Position numbers and translations under genes: made by a program. A stretch of DNA of 64,000 nt from Octopus vulgaris (lineage: Eukaryota), in assembly GCA_951406725.2 (NCBI GenBank), contig OX597839.1:20832001-20896000 (forward strand). Reading direction: 5' to 3'. The notes beneath the pieces were generated by a model that worked only from the letters and a program-made list of their open reading frames with translations, was not told where the DNA came from and made no database searches. Positions within the stretch are counted from its first letter, which is position 1. Each line of letters opens with the position of its first letter. Shown piece after piece: positions 27,110 through 40,607 of the stretch.

Positions 27110-27861
27110 GGAAAAGTAAGAAAAATCAACGAAAATGCACATTGTATATAAAAAAAAAGTAAAGGCTTTTTATGAAAGGTAACGACAGATATATACAATT
27201 AGATGAACTGAGGTAGGAATAAAAGTCATTATTATGAGATTATTAAAGAGATTCAAGATATATACTACAAGAGATATATACTTTATATACATATGCGTAC
27301 GTACATATATATACACTCCTACACACACACACGTGTGAGAGAGATGAAACTTTGGCAAGAGGACACGCCGGTTTACATTGCGTTACTTATATTAAACGCT
27401 ACAAAATCATAAAAACTTTCTTATCAATTTGATCGTAAAGGGTTTTCGTTATAAAGGGGCGTGGGCAACTGGGGCCACGGAAGTGCTGTTTTGCTTATTT
27501 TTGGAAGGGCATCAGTCCCGGTTCACTCCCAGTAGGCAGACGAAATTTTTCTTCGTGTATTTTTTTCCTTCTATTTTTTTAACCTTTTATACGTTCGTTT
27601 TTTTGCTTTTGTGTTCGCTTGTTGTTATTATTATTATTATTAGTTTGGATAGTCATCAAAGGAAAACTTAATGAAGTGTTACAGGAAAAGGTTTGGTGAT
27701 GCGGTGTGGATGTCGGGGGTAGCTTGCATTTGGGGGTGAGGTTGATGATGGAAGAAAAACCCACGCGATAAAGCGATAGATAATAACTTACTGAAATGAT
27801 ACACAGATCCACTCACACATACCTATGTTTGTAAGTATATGTAAGTGTGTGTGTGTGTGTA

Positions 27862-28096
27862 GTGGAGGCGCGTGGTTTAGTGGTTATGGTGTTAGACTCA
27901 AAACCGTAAGATTGTGGTTTCAATTCCTTGACTGGGCAACGCATTGTCTTCTTGAGCAAAACACTTCACTTCATGTTGCTCCAGTCCACTGAGTAACGCT
28001 GCGAAGGACCGGTGTCCCGTCCAGATGGGGAATTCATACGCCATGAAAACAGGGTGACCAGTCCTTCTGAATCTGGCATGGCTCGAGAAGGAAACA

Positions 28097-28170
<74 letters not shown>

Positions 28171-28310
28171 CATACATGTGGAGGCGCAATGGCTCAGTGG
28201 TTAGGGCAGCGGACTCGCAGTCGTAGGATCGCGGTTTCGATTCCTAGACCGGGCGTTGTGAGTGTTTATTGAACGAAAACACCTAAAGCTCCACGAGGCT
28301 CCGGCAAGGG
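27862..28310 (+). mobile_element. Two tRNA-derived SINE pieces (family C-like 27862-28095; separate head 28178-28310)
   Basis: A boxes TGGTTTAGTGG and TGGCTCAGTGG; B boxes GGTTTCAATTCC and GGTTTCGATTCC. Confidence 0.75.
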
Positions 28311-28639
28311 ATGTTACTACACTCACACGTACTTAAACACACACACACACACGCACGTGCGCGCGCTGGAAAATGCGACAAATAACTAAAGTTAGGTCTC
28401 AGTAGTATATTCTACACTCCACCTTTCTATGGTCGTAGATTTGTGACCAGGCCACCCAGTTCTCTCAATATCCTCTTGTCCGGGTTAAACGCATTTCCTG
28501 TAGGAGACGAGTTACTGCTGGAATGAGTTCGTGCCCTGCATGATTCGTTGGGGTCAGTCAAAGGTCCCAGGGTCGACCAGGCTGGATAAGCAGGCGCTAC
28601 GTGAACTTCTGCTACATGCACCCGTATTGTTTTCCGTAG

Positions 28640-29372
28640 CTCCGCAACCCTTCAGGGCCAGTTTAAACTTAGTGTGAACTTAATTCTATCAGTGTAACCC
28701 GCTCTTTTACGAGTTTCATTATAGCATTCCGACTTATTGTAGAAAATTCGTTCATTAACGGAGAGGTTGAAAACCCTAATCCAAATATTCCTAATTAAGT
28801 CAATAACACACCTGGGATGGCATGACAGTCTGTGAATGTAATGTAATATTTCGTTGGATTTATTGAATGAATAATATAGTCCTGAGTCGATATCTAATGT
28901 TACATCCTTTTGCTGCACTTCTTAGAAAGATATAGAGATTGGAGTTCTCGAATAAAGCATAGAGATGTTTTCTAAGTTTCCCCAGATCGGATTGGGGAAA
29001 TCCAGAAATTGTTAAGAGACCGTCATCTCTATAGATTCCGCTTACTATGTTCGGAAATTTTTGAGTAACATTGAACTCATCAGCCCTGGACTGTCTATAA
29101 AAATAATCCCTTCTGGAAAGAAATTTGTTTCTTCTAAGCTAACAGTATGGTGTTTATTATATCCTCTGTTATATCCGAAACCTTTCTTGCTATACTAATT
29201 GCCTTATTGAACAATATGGATAAGTTAAACGTGTGATAATTCTCTATGTCAAACTGAATAAACGAGGTATTATTATTCTTACCGCTTATGTTTTCGAACT
29301 AGAGATGTTTTCTAAGTTTCCCCAGATTGGATTGGGGAAATCCAGAAATTGTTAAGAGACCGTCATCTCTAT
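28640..29372 (-). pseudogene. Penelope-like element reverse transcriptase, decayed
   Basis: Minus strand reads FENISGKNNNTSFIQFDIENY (motif A, FIQFDIE at 29242-29262), GIYRDDGL (29016-29039), then DVTLDIDSGLYYSFNKSNEILHYIHRLSCHP..IFYNKSECYNE..AGY (PLE thumb region); stops and frameshifts present. Confidence 0.85.
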
Positions 29373-29567
29373 ACTCCTTTAGATACACTCCTTTAGATAC
29401 AAACCTACTGTTCCATCCATCCATCCAGACATTTTTTTCTCCGCCCTCTACTCGTAGGAGAGTCGTAAAGTAGAGCATTCTGGCACCTCTTTCACGCTGA
29501 GATTTTAAAAAATGAGATTTTAAGAAATGCAAGGCTGTGAATAGTTATCAGAACATTTATAAAGAGG

Positions 29568-29614
29568 TCTTACAGCTGTTTCCGTGATAATTTTATATAT
29601 TCCTTCATCAGAGA
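29568..29614 (-). ncRNA. Minimal type I hammerhead ribozyme-like motif upstream of the PLE RT
   Basis: tct-CTGATGA-[imperfect stem II]-GAAAC-agct-GTA-aga; palindromic helix III loop. Confidence 0.65.
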
Positions 29615-30190
29615 AAATGTTTCAGTAATAATTATTATAGAGAAGATACGAAAAACAGAGGGAAGTGAAGGAATGAAAATAGAATTGAGATACCTAACGA
29701 TATTGTATTTGCAGTTCCATTATTTAAGCAGAATGGTGTAAATATAAGTTTCCTGTACCTTGTGTGTGAGTTCCAATGATGTTAATTATTATATATATGC
29801 ATGCTAATACACGACCCACGTTGGACTCCTCATTGTATCATTATCGAACCTGGAACTTCACTATGGCCTGTCCATAGCAATTACTCAGCGTTACCTGAGA
29901 CCTTTGGGTCTTCTTGACTCCAATGCCTCTCATACACCATATATATATATATGTATATATATATGCATATATATATATGTATTTATATGCATATATATGT
30001 ATTTATATGTATATATATATGTGTGTATTTATATGTATATATATATATGTGTATTTATATGTATATATATATATATGTGTATTTATATCTATATATATAT
30101 ATATATGTGTATTTATATCTATATATATATATATATGTGTATTTATATGTATATATATATGTGTATTTATATGTATATATATATGTGTAT

Positions 30191-30222
<32 letters not shown>

Positions 30223-30380
30223 GTATTTATATGTATATATATATATGTGTATTTATATACATATATATATGTATTTATTAGAAAAAATGAGGTAATCAGA
30301 TCAGATGGTTCATATTTGTAGATATTTATTTATATATTACATTTTTTACATATATATCATATCATTCAGATCATATCATT

Positions 30381-30423
30381 CGGATTAGCGCTTTCTCCCA
30401 ATCGAGTGGGGTTTTCAAATCTG
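30381..30423 (-). ncRNA. Hammerhead-like motif, U3-A8 core variant, in TA-embedded cassette 30278-30423
   Basis: gat-TTGAAAA-c-CCCA ctcgat TGGG-a-GAAA-gcg-CTA-atc. Confidence 0.55.
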
Positions 30424-31102
30424 TATTTATATATACATATATATATGTATTTATATGTATATATATATATGTATTTATATGTATATATATATGTGTATTA
30501 TATGTATATATATATGTATTTATATATATATGTATTTATATGTATATATATATGTATTTATATGTATATATATATATGTATTTATATGTATATATATATA
30601 TGTGAATATATATATGTGTATATATATGTATATATATTTATGTATATATATTTATGTATATATATATATGTGTATATATGTATATATATATATGTGTGTG
30701 TATATATATATATATGTGTGTGTGTGTGTATATATATGTATGTATGTATGTAACGGCATGCTACTTCCTGTGTTCAGCATTGTGAAAATAGTCCTGTATC
30801 ATTAAAGTTCGTGATAATCTCGTGATAATTCTAAGTAGGTTGAGAGACACAAACGACGAGATAAATTGATAGATATGCTAGACGCAGAAGCAAGTGATGG
30901 ACAGACTTGTACGCTAGCGGCCAGCCGTATGACTATGCATCTGCATACGTGTGTATGTATATTAAACATGAGAAGTCGGGTGGGGGGAGAGAGAGAGAGA
31001 GAGAGAGAGGATAGCATTGACGAGATGTAGATGAGATATATATCTATAGAGAATGGCACAGACTATACAGACCTATTGAGAAAGACAAACCCATGAACAC
31101 TC

Positions 31103-31135
<33 letters not shown>

Positions 31136-31592
31136 GATATAGATAGATAGATAGATAGATATAGATAGATACATAGATATAGATACATAGATATAGATAG
31201 ATAGCTAGATATAGATAGATATAGATAGATAGCTAGATATAGATACATATATATAGATACATAGATAGATATAGATATATATAGTATGTATGTATATATG
31301 TATATATATATGTGTGTGTGTATATGTATATATATGTATGTTTGTATATATATATATATATGTGTATGTATATGCATGTATATATGTGTGTGTATGTATA
31401 TATACATGTATGTATATATATATGTGTGTGTATGTATATATACATGCATGTATATGTATATATACATGCATGTGTATGTATATATACATGCATGTATATG
31501 TATATATACATGCATGTGTATGTATATATACATGCATGTATATGTATATATACATGCATGTATATGTATATATATATGCATGTATATGTATG

Positions 31593-31639
<47 letters not shown>

Positions 31640-31660
31640 ACGTGTATATATATGTATATT

Positions 31661-31703
<43 letters not shown>

Positions 31704-31950
31704 TCGATTCAGGAAGAAACGGACGCGCAGAATTGAAAATAGGCATATATACACGTATACGTGTGTGTCTGTGTGTATAAATACTAATGGCTGAAAAACT
31801 GAGTCTTTCGTCTTTTCATGGAGATCAAAACAACGGAGAACATAGATATAGACATATCGATTTGTACAAACATGTCTCTGTATATATTAGAGCTGTTTAT
31901 ATGTGTGTGTGTATATATTACGTATGTGTATATATGTGTCTGTGATTAAT

Positions 31951-32011
<61 letters not shown>

Positions 32012-32233
32012 ATGTATTTATTTATCAGTTCGATGTAGACCTAATTTGTGCATTTGTGTACCAACTATAAATATTCAATACTTTTATACTTATATACATA
32101 AGTATATGAATATGTACGAATGTGTGTGTGTATAAACATATATATACATATATATATAAAGTATAAACATATATATACATATATATATATAAGTATAAAA
32201 GTTTGTGTGTGTATATATATACACATGTGTATG

Positions 32234-32271
<38 letters not shown>

Positions 32272-32618
32272 ATACATAAGTATATGAATATGTACGAATG
32301 TGTGTGTGTGTATAAACATATATATATACATATATATATAAAGTATAAAAGTTTGTGTGTGTATATATATACACATGTGTATGTATGTATATATATATAT
32401 AAAGTATAAAAGTTTGTGTGTGTGTATATAAATATATATATATATACATGTATGTATATATATATATGTGTATATATTTATGTGTGAGTATATATATATG
32501 TGTATGTATGTATGTATATATATATATATATATATGCATGTGTGTGGAGAGAGAAACGTGTTTGTATGTATTACATATACACACTCATATACACACAACT
32601 ATATGTTTGTATACATAG

Positions 32619-32705
<87 letters not shown>

Positions 32706-32974
32706 CGGGAGAATCGGTGAACAGAAAGGGTAAGTTAGCGCTGAGGAGAGACAGAAGGTAGGCGAGAGATGTTTCAGGAATAAGCTTAAACAAGAAATTG
32801 GTTATTACATGAGAGAGAGAAATTGTTTGAGAAATGAATAAACACAGGGCGACATTGCGCATGCTCCAGCGTATATACACTCACACGCATACATTTATGA
32901 TGTGCGTTGGTTATTTCTTTGGGAGATCCCGATTGAGCATCAGTAAAAAGGGATTGCTTCTGAACGAGTAACGG

Positions 32975-33185
32975 AAAGGTATTTCTTAGGGAGATTCAGC
33001 GTGACACAAATGTGACAAGGCTGGTCCTTAGAAATACAGGTACTACTCAATTTTGCCGGTTGAGTGAACTGGGGAGACGTGAAATAAAGTGTCTTGCTCA
33101 ATGACACAACGCGTCGCCGGGAATTGAACTCACGACCTTACGAACGCGAGTCGAATGCCCTACCCTCTAAGCTGTGCACCTTCAC
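32975..33185 (-). mobile_element. SINE family C-like copy
   Basis: Reverse complement of GTGAAGG..GGCATTCGACTCG..GTGAGTTCAATTCCCGG..TTGAGCAAGACACTTTATTTCACG. Confidence 0.75.
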
Positions 33186-33199
33186 ATTCAGTACATATT

Positions 33200-34077
33200 C
33201 CGGTCAATATTCCGTACGTACAACTTACCTCATATAGAGAAATGGTGGGAACGTAAACCACCACAAGTTGTCTAGAATGCTAAAGTTACCATCCTTTGGA
33301 ATTTCAGCGTTCTGATTGATTAGAAAATTCAGGCTAACCGACCAGATATTGGTTGTGAAAATTCGTGTTGAAAAAGTTTGGGGATCTTTTCGGTTTGAAC
33401 GGCAGTTTTTAACATAATTTCTAGGTAACTAAAAAATTTTAAACTTCGTATACTGGTAGAATGTGTTTATAAGACATGTTTTTCTCTTGGATTTTTTGAG
33501 AAAATTCTATAGTTTGTAAGATATTTGTTGTTTTTTCCTTCAATTTCTGCAATTTCAACCAATCAATGACCGTCTATTGAGGTGAAAACATTCTGTGCCG
33601 TATGAATATGTCCCTCGTTTAAGAAACAGATTGGGTTTATTTACATTTCTGAAGAAAAAAAGATGCCCTTCCCCCTAACCCTAACTAACCCTAAAACAGA
33701 TTGAAATGCAATTGATCGATACTAGGGTCATAATTATGGGTGACAATTTCATATGACACAGCTAGAAAAAACTGCCGTTCAAACCGAAAAGATCCAAGTT
33801 TTGTCTTTTGAAGGATTTTGCAGCCCCAGCTGACAGAAACACATCACTGAAAACGCTTGAGAAATTAAGCAAATATAAGGACTCGGGGAGAGGAATCAGA
33901 AGAATGTGGCATCACAAAGTAGCAACATTACCCAAAGTTATTGGGGCATTTGGCCTGATATCGAAAGGAGAGAATTTATATGGAGACCAAATTCCTGACA
34001 GCCTCAAAATAAGTGAATTGCAGAAGATCATGTTTATGGGTACCTCTCATATTTTACGTAAATTCCTCTCCATGTAA
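33200..34077 (+). pseudogene. R4/Dong-type RLE non-LTR retrotransposon 3' end, interrupted by a MITE
   Basis: KWWGRKPPQVV*NAKVTILWNFSVLID*KIQANRPDI then DFAAPADRNTSLKTLEKLSKYKD..RRMWH..VIGAFG..LQKIMFMGTSHILRKFLS (PD..D and KxxKY endonuclease motifs). Confidence 0.85.
33382..33795. mobile_element. 414-bp MITE with 29-bp perfect TIRs (Merlin-like termini)
   Basis: TIR GGATCTTTTCGGTTTGAACGGCAGTTTTT at both ends; flanks AAGTTTGG and AAGTTTTG form an imperfect TSD of about 8 bp. Confidence 0.85.
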
Positions 34078-34261
34078 ATACAACCTCAGTCATTCAGTTT
34101 CATTACGGTTTTATAAAAATTCTTGTTTTACAAACCCCCGTCAGGCATCAGGGTTATTTTTTTCAATTGCATGTCACCTCAGCTGTTTGTATGTTTAGAT
34201 ACGAAAACTTGTCACTTGGCGTCTGTGGTTGACACTTAAGTGCAACTTGTTTAATTAAAAC

Positions 34262-34730
34262 AATTGACTGGCCCCCACCTCCCCAAAAATTTCAAGTCGG
34301 CGAGCTGGTAGAAACGTTAGCACGACGGGCGAAATACTTAGCGGTAGTTCGTCTGTTTTTATGTTCTGAGTTCAAATTCCGCCGAGGTTGACTTTACCTT
34401 TCATCCTTTAGGGGTAGATAAACGAAGTACCAGTTGCATACTGGGGTCGACCTAATCGACTGCCCCCCCTCCCCCAAAATTTATGGCCTTGTGCCTTGAA
34501 TAGAAAAGGTTATTTCAAGTCGGCGAGCTGGCAGAAACGTTAGCACGATGGGCGAAATACTTAGCGATAATTCGCCTGTTCATATGTTCTGAGTTCAAAT
34601 TCCGCCGAGGTTGACGTTACTTTTCATCCTTTAGGGGTAGATAAACGAAGTACCAGTTGCATATTGGGGTCGACCTAATCGACTGCCCCCACCCCCCAAA
34701 TTTTTAGCCTTGTGCCTAGAGTAGAAAAGA
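34262..34730 (+). mobile_element. Tandem pair of SINE family B (short-tail variant)
   Basis: TTTCAAGTCGGCGAGCTGG at about 34290 and 34513. Confidence 0.85.
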
Positions 34731-34869
34731 ATTAAAACAAAGGCGATTAGTACATTCACTGGAATTTGTGTAAAAGCCACGTTGCTGAATATGCAAGAAG
34801 CTGGCATTAACACCAACCTAAAACAATAGATGGAAGAAACATTATCATCCTTTGGGACTTTATAGTACA

Positions 34870-35237
34870 CTAGCACTATGACCCGACAACGCCGGGTCAT
34901 AGTGCTGGTGCATGCATATACAGCTGCGTGCGTGCGCGCATACACGCGAGTACTGTCCAAATCTCCCACCAATCACATACAGCTAGCTGGCATTCAATTG
35001 GCGTATCAAGTTTCGGGCATTTTGATTGGGTTTTGGATAGAAAATTCACAAAAATGTCACTTATATTGATTTTTTAATGGCTTTGTGGGGTGACTATGGA
35101 AATGTAAATATGTGCACGACCACCCTTGGACGGTTTTGAAAGACCATAGAAAGTGCGAGCCCTCTAACTGAAAAATTGTGGATTTGTATAAAGGACACAC
35201 ACACAGATAGACATTTTGCCGTTAATATATAGAGAGA
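34870..35237 (-). mobile_element. Non-autonomous Helitron, second subfamily
   Basis: 5' A|TCTCTCTATATATTAACGGCA; 3' 14-bp stem AGCACTATGACCCG/CGGGTCATAGTGCT and CTAG|T; removal restores the LINE frame. Confidence 0.9.
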
Positions 35238-35426
35238 TACTGACCTCAAAATTAAAGCCAACCACCTTGATATTATTGTTAAAGGCACCAAAAACAAGAC
35301 CGGCTTAGTTATAGAAATCACAATTGCCACCTGACAAAAATATACCTGCCAAGGATATGATAAACTTACCTAGTATAAAGGCCTAGAAATTGAAATAAGC
35401 AGGATGTGGGACTTGAAGATGGAAAC

Positions 35427-35663
35427 AATACCTATTTCTTTATTACCCACAAGGGGCTAAACATAGAGGGGACAAACAAGGACAGACATAGGTATTAAGT
35501 CGATTACATCGACCCCAGTGCGTAACTGGTACTTAATTTATCGACCCCGAAAGGATGAAAGGCAAAGTCGACCTCGGCGGAATTTGAACTCACAATGTAA
35601 CGCAGACGAAATACCGCTAAGCATTTCGCCCGGCGTGCTAACGTTTCTGCCAGCTCGCCGCCT
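35427..35663 (-). mobile_element. SINE family B monomer inside the R4 LINE
   Basis: Full head and body on the minus strand. Confidence 0.9.
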
Positions 35664-35916
35664 TTGTGAGTTGAGCCCTGGGAGAGGGTGTTTAAAAAAT
35701 ATAGTTAGTGATTTTGAAAAAAATCTTAAGAAAACTTAGTATAAAAAGACTAATACTAAACGATACTGCTCACAATCTTAGTAAGTTCTTGTCCTTCTAA
35801 TCTATATTATCAAAACTTTTCTTCAACCTAAAAGGGGCCAGTGGCTGTGTTGAACGATAATATTATTGTACAATGCCTGCTCTAGGCGACTGGTTGCCGT
35901 TCGGCAGGTATTTGCT

Positions 35917-36147
35917 TAGGGCGGCGAGCTGGCAGAAACGTTAGCACGCCGGGCGAAATGCTTAGCGGTATTTCGTCTGCCGTTACGTTCTGAGTTCAAA
36001 TTCTGTCGAGGTCGACTTTGCCTTTCATCCTTTCGGGGTCGATAAATTAAGTACCAGTTACGCACTGGGGTCGATGTAATCGACTTAATCCGTTTGTCTG
36101 TCCTTGTTTGTCCTCTGTGTTTAGCCCCTTGTGGGTAGTAAAGAAAT
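35917..36147 (+). mobile_element. SINE family B monomer with TSD AGGTATTTGCT
   Basis: TSD at 35905-35915 and 36148-36158. Confidence 0.9.
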
Positions 36148-36609
36148 AGGTATTTGCTCTGTAGCCAATATCAAAGGAAATATAAAAGTAATAATCCTGG
36201 GTCTTCTCAGCGAAAACATTCACCGTTACTTAGCGGTTCGGCAAAAGAGACCGATAGAATAAGTACTGGGCTTACAAAAGAATAAGTCCCAGGGTCGAGT
36301 TGCTCGATTAAAGGCAGTGCTCCAGCATGGCCGCAGTCAAATGACTGAAACAAGTAAGTAAAGAGTATATTTCGTCTGGGACTGAAACCATCTATATATC
36401 ATGGATCATTTGCGGATCGTTTGATCACAAGAGTTGATCAAAGACTCTACAAATGAGGAATATGGCCCCTTTGGATCCTATGAACAACCGTACAGAACCG
36501 AGTGCGTGTGTTTGATATTCTGATCCGATTCTCGCCCAAGAGAGCAATGAAACGACAAGATGACCATGGTTGCATTATTATTTATTATTATTAAAAGGAA
36601 ATATAAAAG

Positions 36610-36856
36610 GAGAAAGGGGCTCTTTACCCACCTTTTGACCAGGCTCCCGTGGCTTTTATGGGTTTTTCAACGAGTAACCTTTCGAAGCGCTTCCCCCTGT
36701 TGGGAGTTTTAATTGTTACTTATATTTCGTTGTTATCCTGCTTTTGTACAGGGACCTTTTTCAAACGGACAAAACCCTTTGTAACTTTCGTCCTGCGTTT
36801 TGTCCCTTTATGTTTTAATTAATTTTTGTTAGCCCTTGTGGCCAATAAACGAATTA

Positions 36857-36909
<53 letters not shown>

Positions 36910-36950
36910 CATTATTATTATCATCATCATTATTATTATTATTATTATTT

Positions 36951-36999
<49 letters not shown>

Positions 37000-37150
37000 C
37001 ATTATTATTATTATTATTATCATTATTATTATTATCATCATTATTATTATTATTATTATTATTATTTTCATTATTATTATTATCCTTATTATTATTATTA
37101 TTATTATTATCATTATTATTATTATCATTATCATTATTATTATTATTATT
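36610..37150 (+). mobile_element. LINE 3' UTR remnant with AATAAA and a long (ATT)n tail
   Basis: AGCCCTTGTGGCCAATAAACGA followed by about 290 bp of (ATT/ATC)n. Confidence 0.45.
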
Positions 37151-37656
37151 CCTGCTGACCTCGGCGGATTCGAACACGGAGCATAAAGGGACGTAGGTGA
37201 ATTACAGGCAGGGCATTGAGTCCGACGCTCTGCCGATTATGCCGGTCCGCTACTTCGTTACTTTTATGGGAGTGATAACCCATAAATCAATAGGGTTTGT
37301 TGAGTCACACGGACGTGTTGTATAACACTGGGAAATTTAGACAAGCGGAACTGTAAACACTTTCACAAACACCAACAACGCCATTGTCATCAACACCGTC
37401 ATCACACTCACATTACCATCATCATCGTCGTCGTCGTCACTAAAACCGTTGTCAACATCGTCATCACAATCATCGCTGTCATCATAAACCTTTACTACCT
37501 TATCTAAGACCCCCCTCCCCTCTTCCTACTCCTTCTCCTCCTTTCCTTACATGAATAATTCCGTGATTGATTGATTGCCCGAGAAACATAGTGTAAGGTT
37601 ACAGCGTTATTGCACGCATGCACATGAATGTGTATGTGTGTATATATATATATATG

Positions 37657-37692
<36 letters not shown>

Positions 37693-38335
37693 TGTATGTA
37701 TATACATGCATACATTCATTCATGCATACACGTTCTCGGACGATTTTTCATCTTTGATAAAGCGAAAAGGAGAATATGGTATGTGTGTGTATATAGTGTG
37801 TATGTATATATATATATATATATGTGTGTGTGTATATATAGTGTATATATATGTGTGTGTATATATAGTGTATATATATGTGTGTGTGTGTGTGTATATA
37901 TAGTGTATATATATGTGTGTGTGTGTATATATAGTGTATATATATGTGTGTGTGTGTGTGTATATATAGTGTATATATATATGTGTGTGTGTGTGTATAG
38001 TGTGTATATATATTGTGTGTGAGTATATATATATATAGTGTGTGTGTATGTGTATACATACATACATACGTACTTGTATGTGCATAGCTTTTATCTTTTA
38101 ATGATTGTGGTCGTGCTGGGGATACAACTTCAAGGGATTTTAATCGAACAAACGAACCCCAGTACTTAATGTTTTTAAAGTTTTGGTACTTATTTTATCC
38201 TTGTCCGATGCCGAACCGCTAACTTACGGAGTCGTAAACAAACCAACATCGGTTGTCGAGCGACGTGGCGGAAGACAAACGCATGCGCAAAAACATGGAT
38301 GGAGAGATGGATTTATAGATAGATTGATGGGGTAC

Positions 38336-38379
<44 letters not shown>

Positions 38380-38433
38380 TTTACGTCCATCATATTCGTT
38401 CAGAAGGCACATACATACATATACACGGACACA

Positions 38434-38476
<43 letters not shown>

Positions 38477-38839
38477 AAACGCGCAGACACACACTCACAC
38501 AAACGCGCCATCGAGTCAAAGACCGTTTTTTTTTAGTATCGTGAGGCCGATCTGGTTCCAGATTTGGCCACGGTGGTTTTGTCTTTGAAGAAGTGTAGAA
38601 ACAGGCAAAAAGAAGGTGTTATAGAAAGACAGCAAGAATCTACGACACTATGACATCGGCACTTTATTTATCGAACACGGCAGGATATGAACTCAGGCCG
38701 CCAGGAGGATTACTGCGAATCATCCCATTTGATAGACTGAGGACTTCCGCCGATTATTCCCCAACCCCATTCCTATACACATTTGCACATACACACATAT
38801 GTACATATATATATATGTATATATATAGTTAATCCAAAC

Positions 38840-39035
38840 ATGAAAACACAAAGAGAAAACACAACAACGCGAGGACGTGGAACAAGTATAGTATTATTGG
38901 ACGCTCAGGAAAGGAAAGAAAGAAGGAAGACTTAACGTTTCGAGCGGAGCTCTTCGTCAGAAACATAGGAAAAGGAAAGATCCAAAGAAGGGAAGACGGA
39001 GGAAAAAAATCGCCGATAAACACGCGGTCACATTT
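38840..39035 (-). mobile_element. TA-embedded cassette with hammerhead-like motif (38930-38965)
   Basis: ttt-CTGACGA-A-GAGC tcc GCTC-GAAAC-GTTA. Confidence 0.55.
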
Positions 39036-39305
39036 TGAATCATATTTATATATGTATGTATGTATATATGTGTGTATGTATGTGTGTGTGTGTGTACATA
39101 TATGTATACGCACACAAGTACATATACGTATGTATATGTATGCACACACACGTACATATATGTATATATATATGTACATATGTATGCATATAATCACATG
39201 TGCATGTGTATATATGTATACAGACACACAGGTAAATCTGTCTATACATATGTCTACGTACATGAGTGTGTTTACATAATATATATATGCACAGATATAT
39301 ATATG

Positions 39306-39347
<42 letters not shown>

Positions 39348-39365
39348 CACAGATATATGTGTGCG

Positions 39366-39397
<32 letters not shown>

Positions 39398-39623
39398 TTA
39401 TTTTATATACATATATATATTTGCACAGATATATGTGTATATATATATATATATATACACAGATATATGTATATATATATATATATATTCACAGATATAT
39501 GTATACATATATAATTTTATATATGTATATATATATATATATATATACGTGTATGCATGATTTACATATGCATGTGAATATGTGTGTGTGTGTCTGTACA
39601 CGCATACAGAGGTGCACACACAC

Positions 39624-39664
<41 letters not shown>

Positions 39665-40276
39665 TACACTCAAAAATATTCAACGTCTATTTATGGCAGA
39701 GTGTATATAAAAAATTATATATACATATTTATTTACTTATTATTCTTTTCCAATTACTTAAAATGATGGAAACATGGCAAAAAAAAAAAATTTTTTTTTT
39801 CAAAAAACGTTCATTTTTATCCTAATTTCAATTCATTATAGTTGTTGTTGTTCATTTTGTTGTTAGTTTTCTTATTGTTGTTCTTCGTTTTATTGCTAGT
39901 GAGCTTCTTCTTCTTCTTGTTGTCGTGGTTGTTGCTGTTCATTTCGTTCCTGCAGTTGTTTTTGTTACTATTGTATGTATTGTGATGCAATTAAATAATA
40001 TACCCCCACCCCACCCCACCCCCTCTCTCACTCGGTCGTGTGTTTTAATCTCGTGTTCGTGGATGTATATGTGTTTGTGTGTATTTGTTTTGCAGGGTCT
40101 GTACGTATATATATATATACATATATATACATATATATATATATGTATGTATATATGTATGTATGTATATATGTATGTGCTTGAATGTGGATGCATGTGT
40201 GTGCATCTTCGTGAATGTGTACGCATCCGTCTGTGCCAACACATGTTTGTGAGGCGCGTATGAGTATACATATGTA

Positions 40277-40307
<31 letters not shown>

Positions 40308-40571
40308 GTGTGTACGTGTGGGTATATATATATATACAATATATATGTATTTATATATGTACGTTTGATGATGTAAATAGGACAATAGAATTCAAAACAT
40401 GAGTATATACTATACAGGGTCTTTATTAATAATCGTGTATATATATATATGCATACATGCACACATATACACATATATATATATATATATATGTATGCGT
40501 GTATATATATATGAATACATATGTGTGCATGTATATATATATATATATATGTACGCATAAACAAGTAAAAG

Positions 40572-40604
<33 letters not shown>

Positions 40605-40607
<3 letters not shown>

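Larger units (their letters stand above)
34735..35800 (+). pseudogene. Second R4/Dong-type RLE LINE 3' end, split by a Helitron and a SINE
   Basis: YIHWNLCK..W..HQPK..IIILWDFIVH | TDLKIKANHLDIIVK..YKGLEIEISRMWDLKMETIP | ..ALG..DTAHNLSKFLSF*. Confidence 0.8.

Noticed and set aside
38862-38885. HDV-like ribozyme P3/L3 (ACG-TCCTCG-CGT on the minus strand)
   Set aside because: No P1 partner or P1.1 GG downstream
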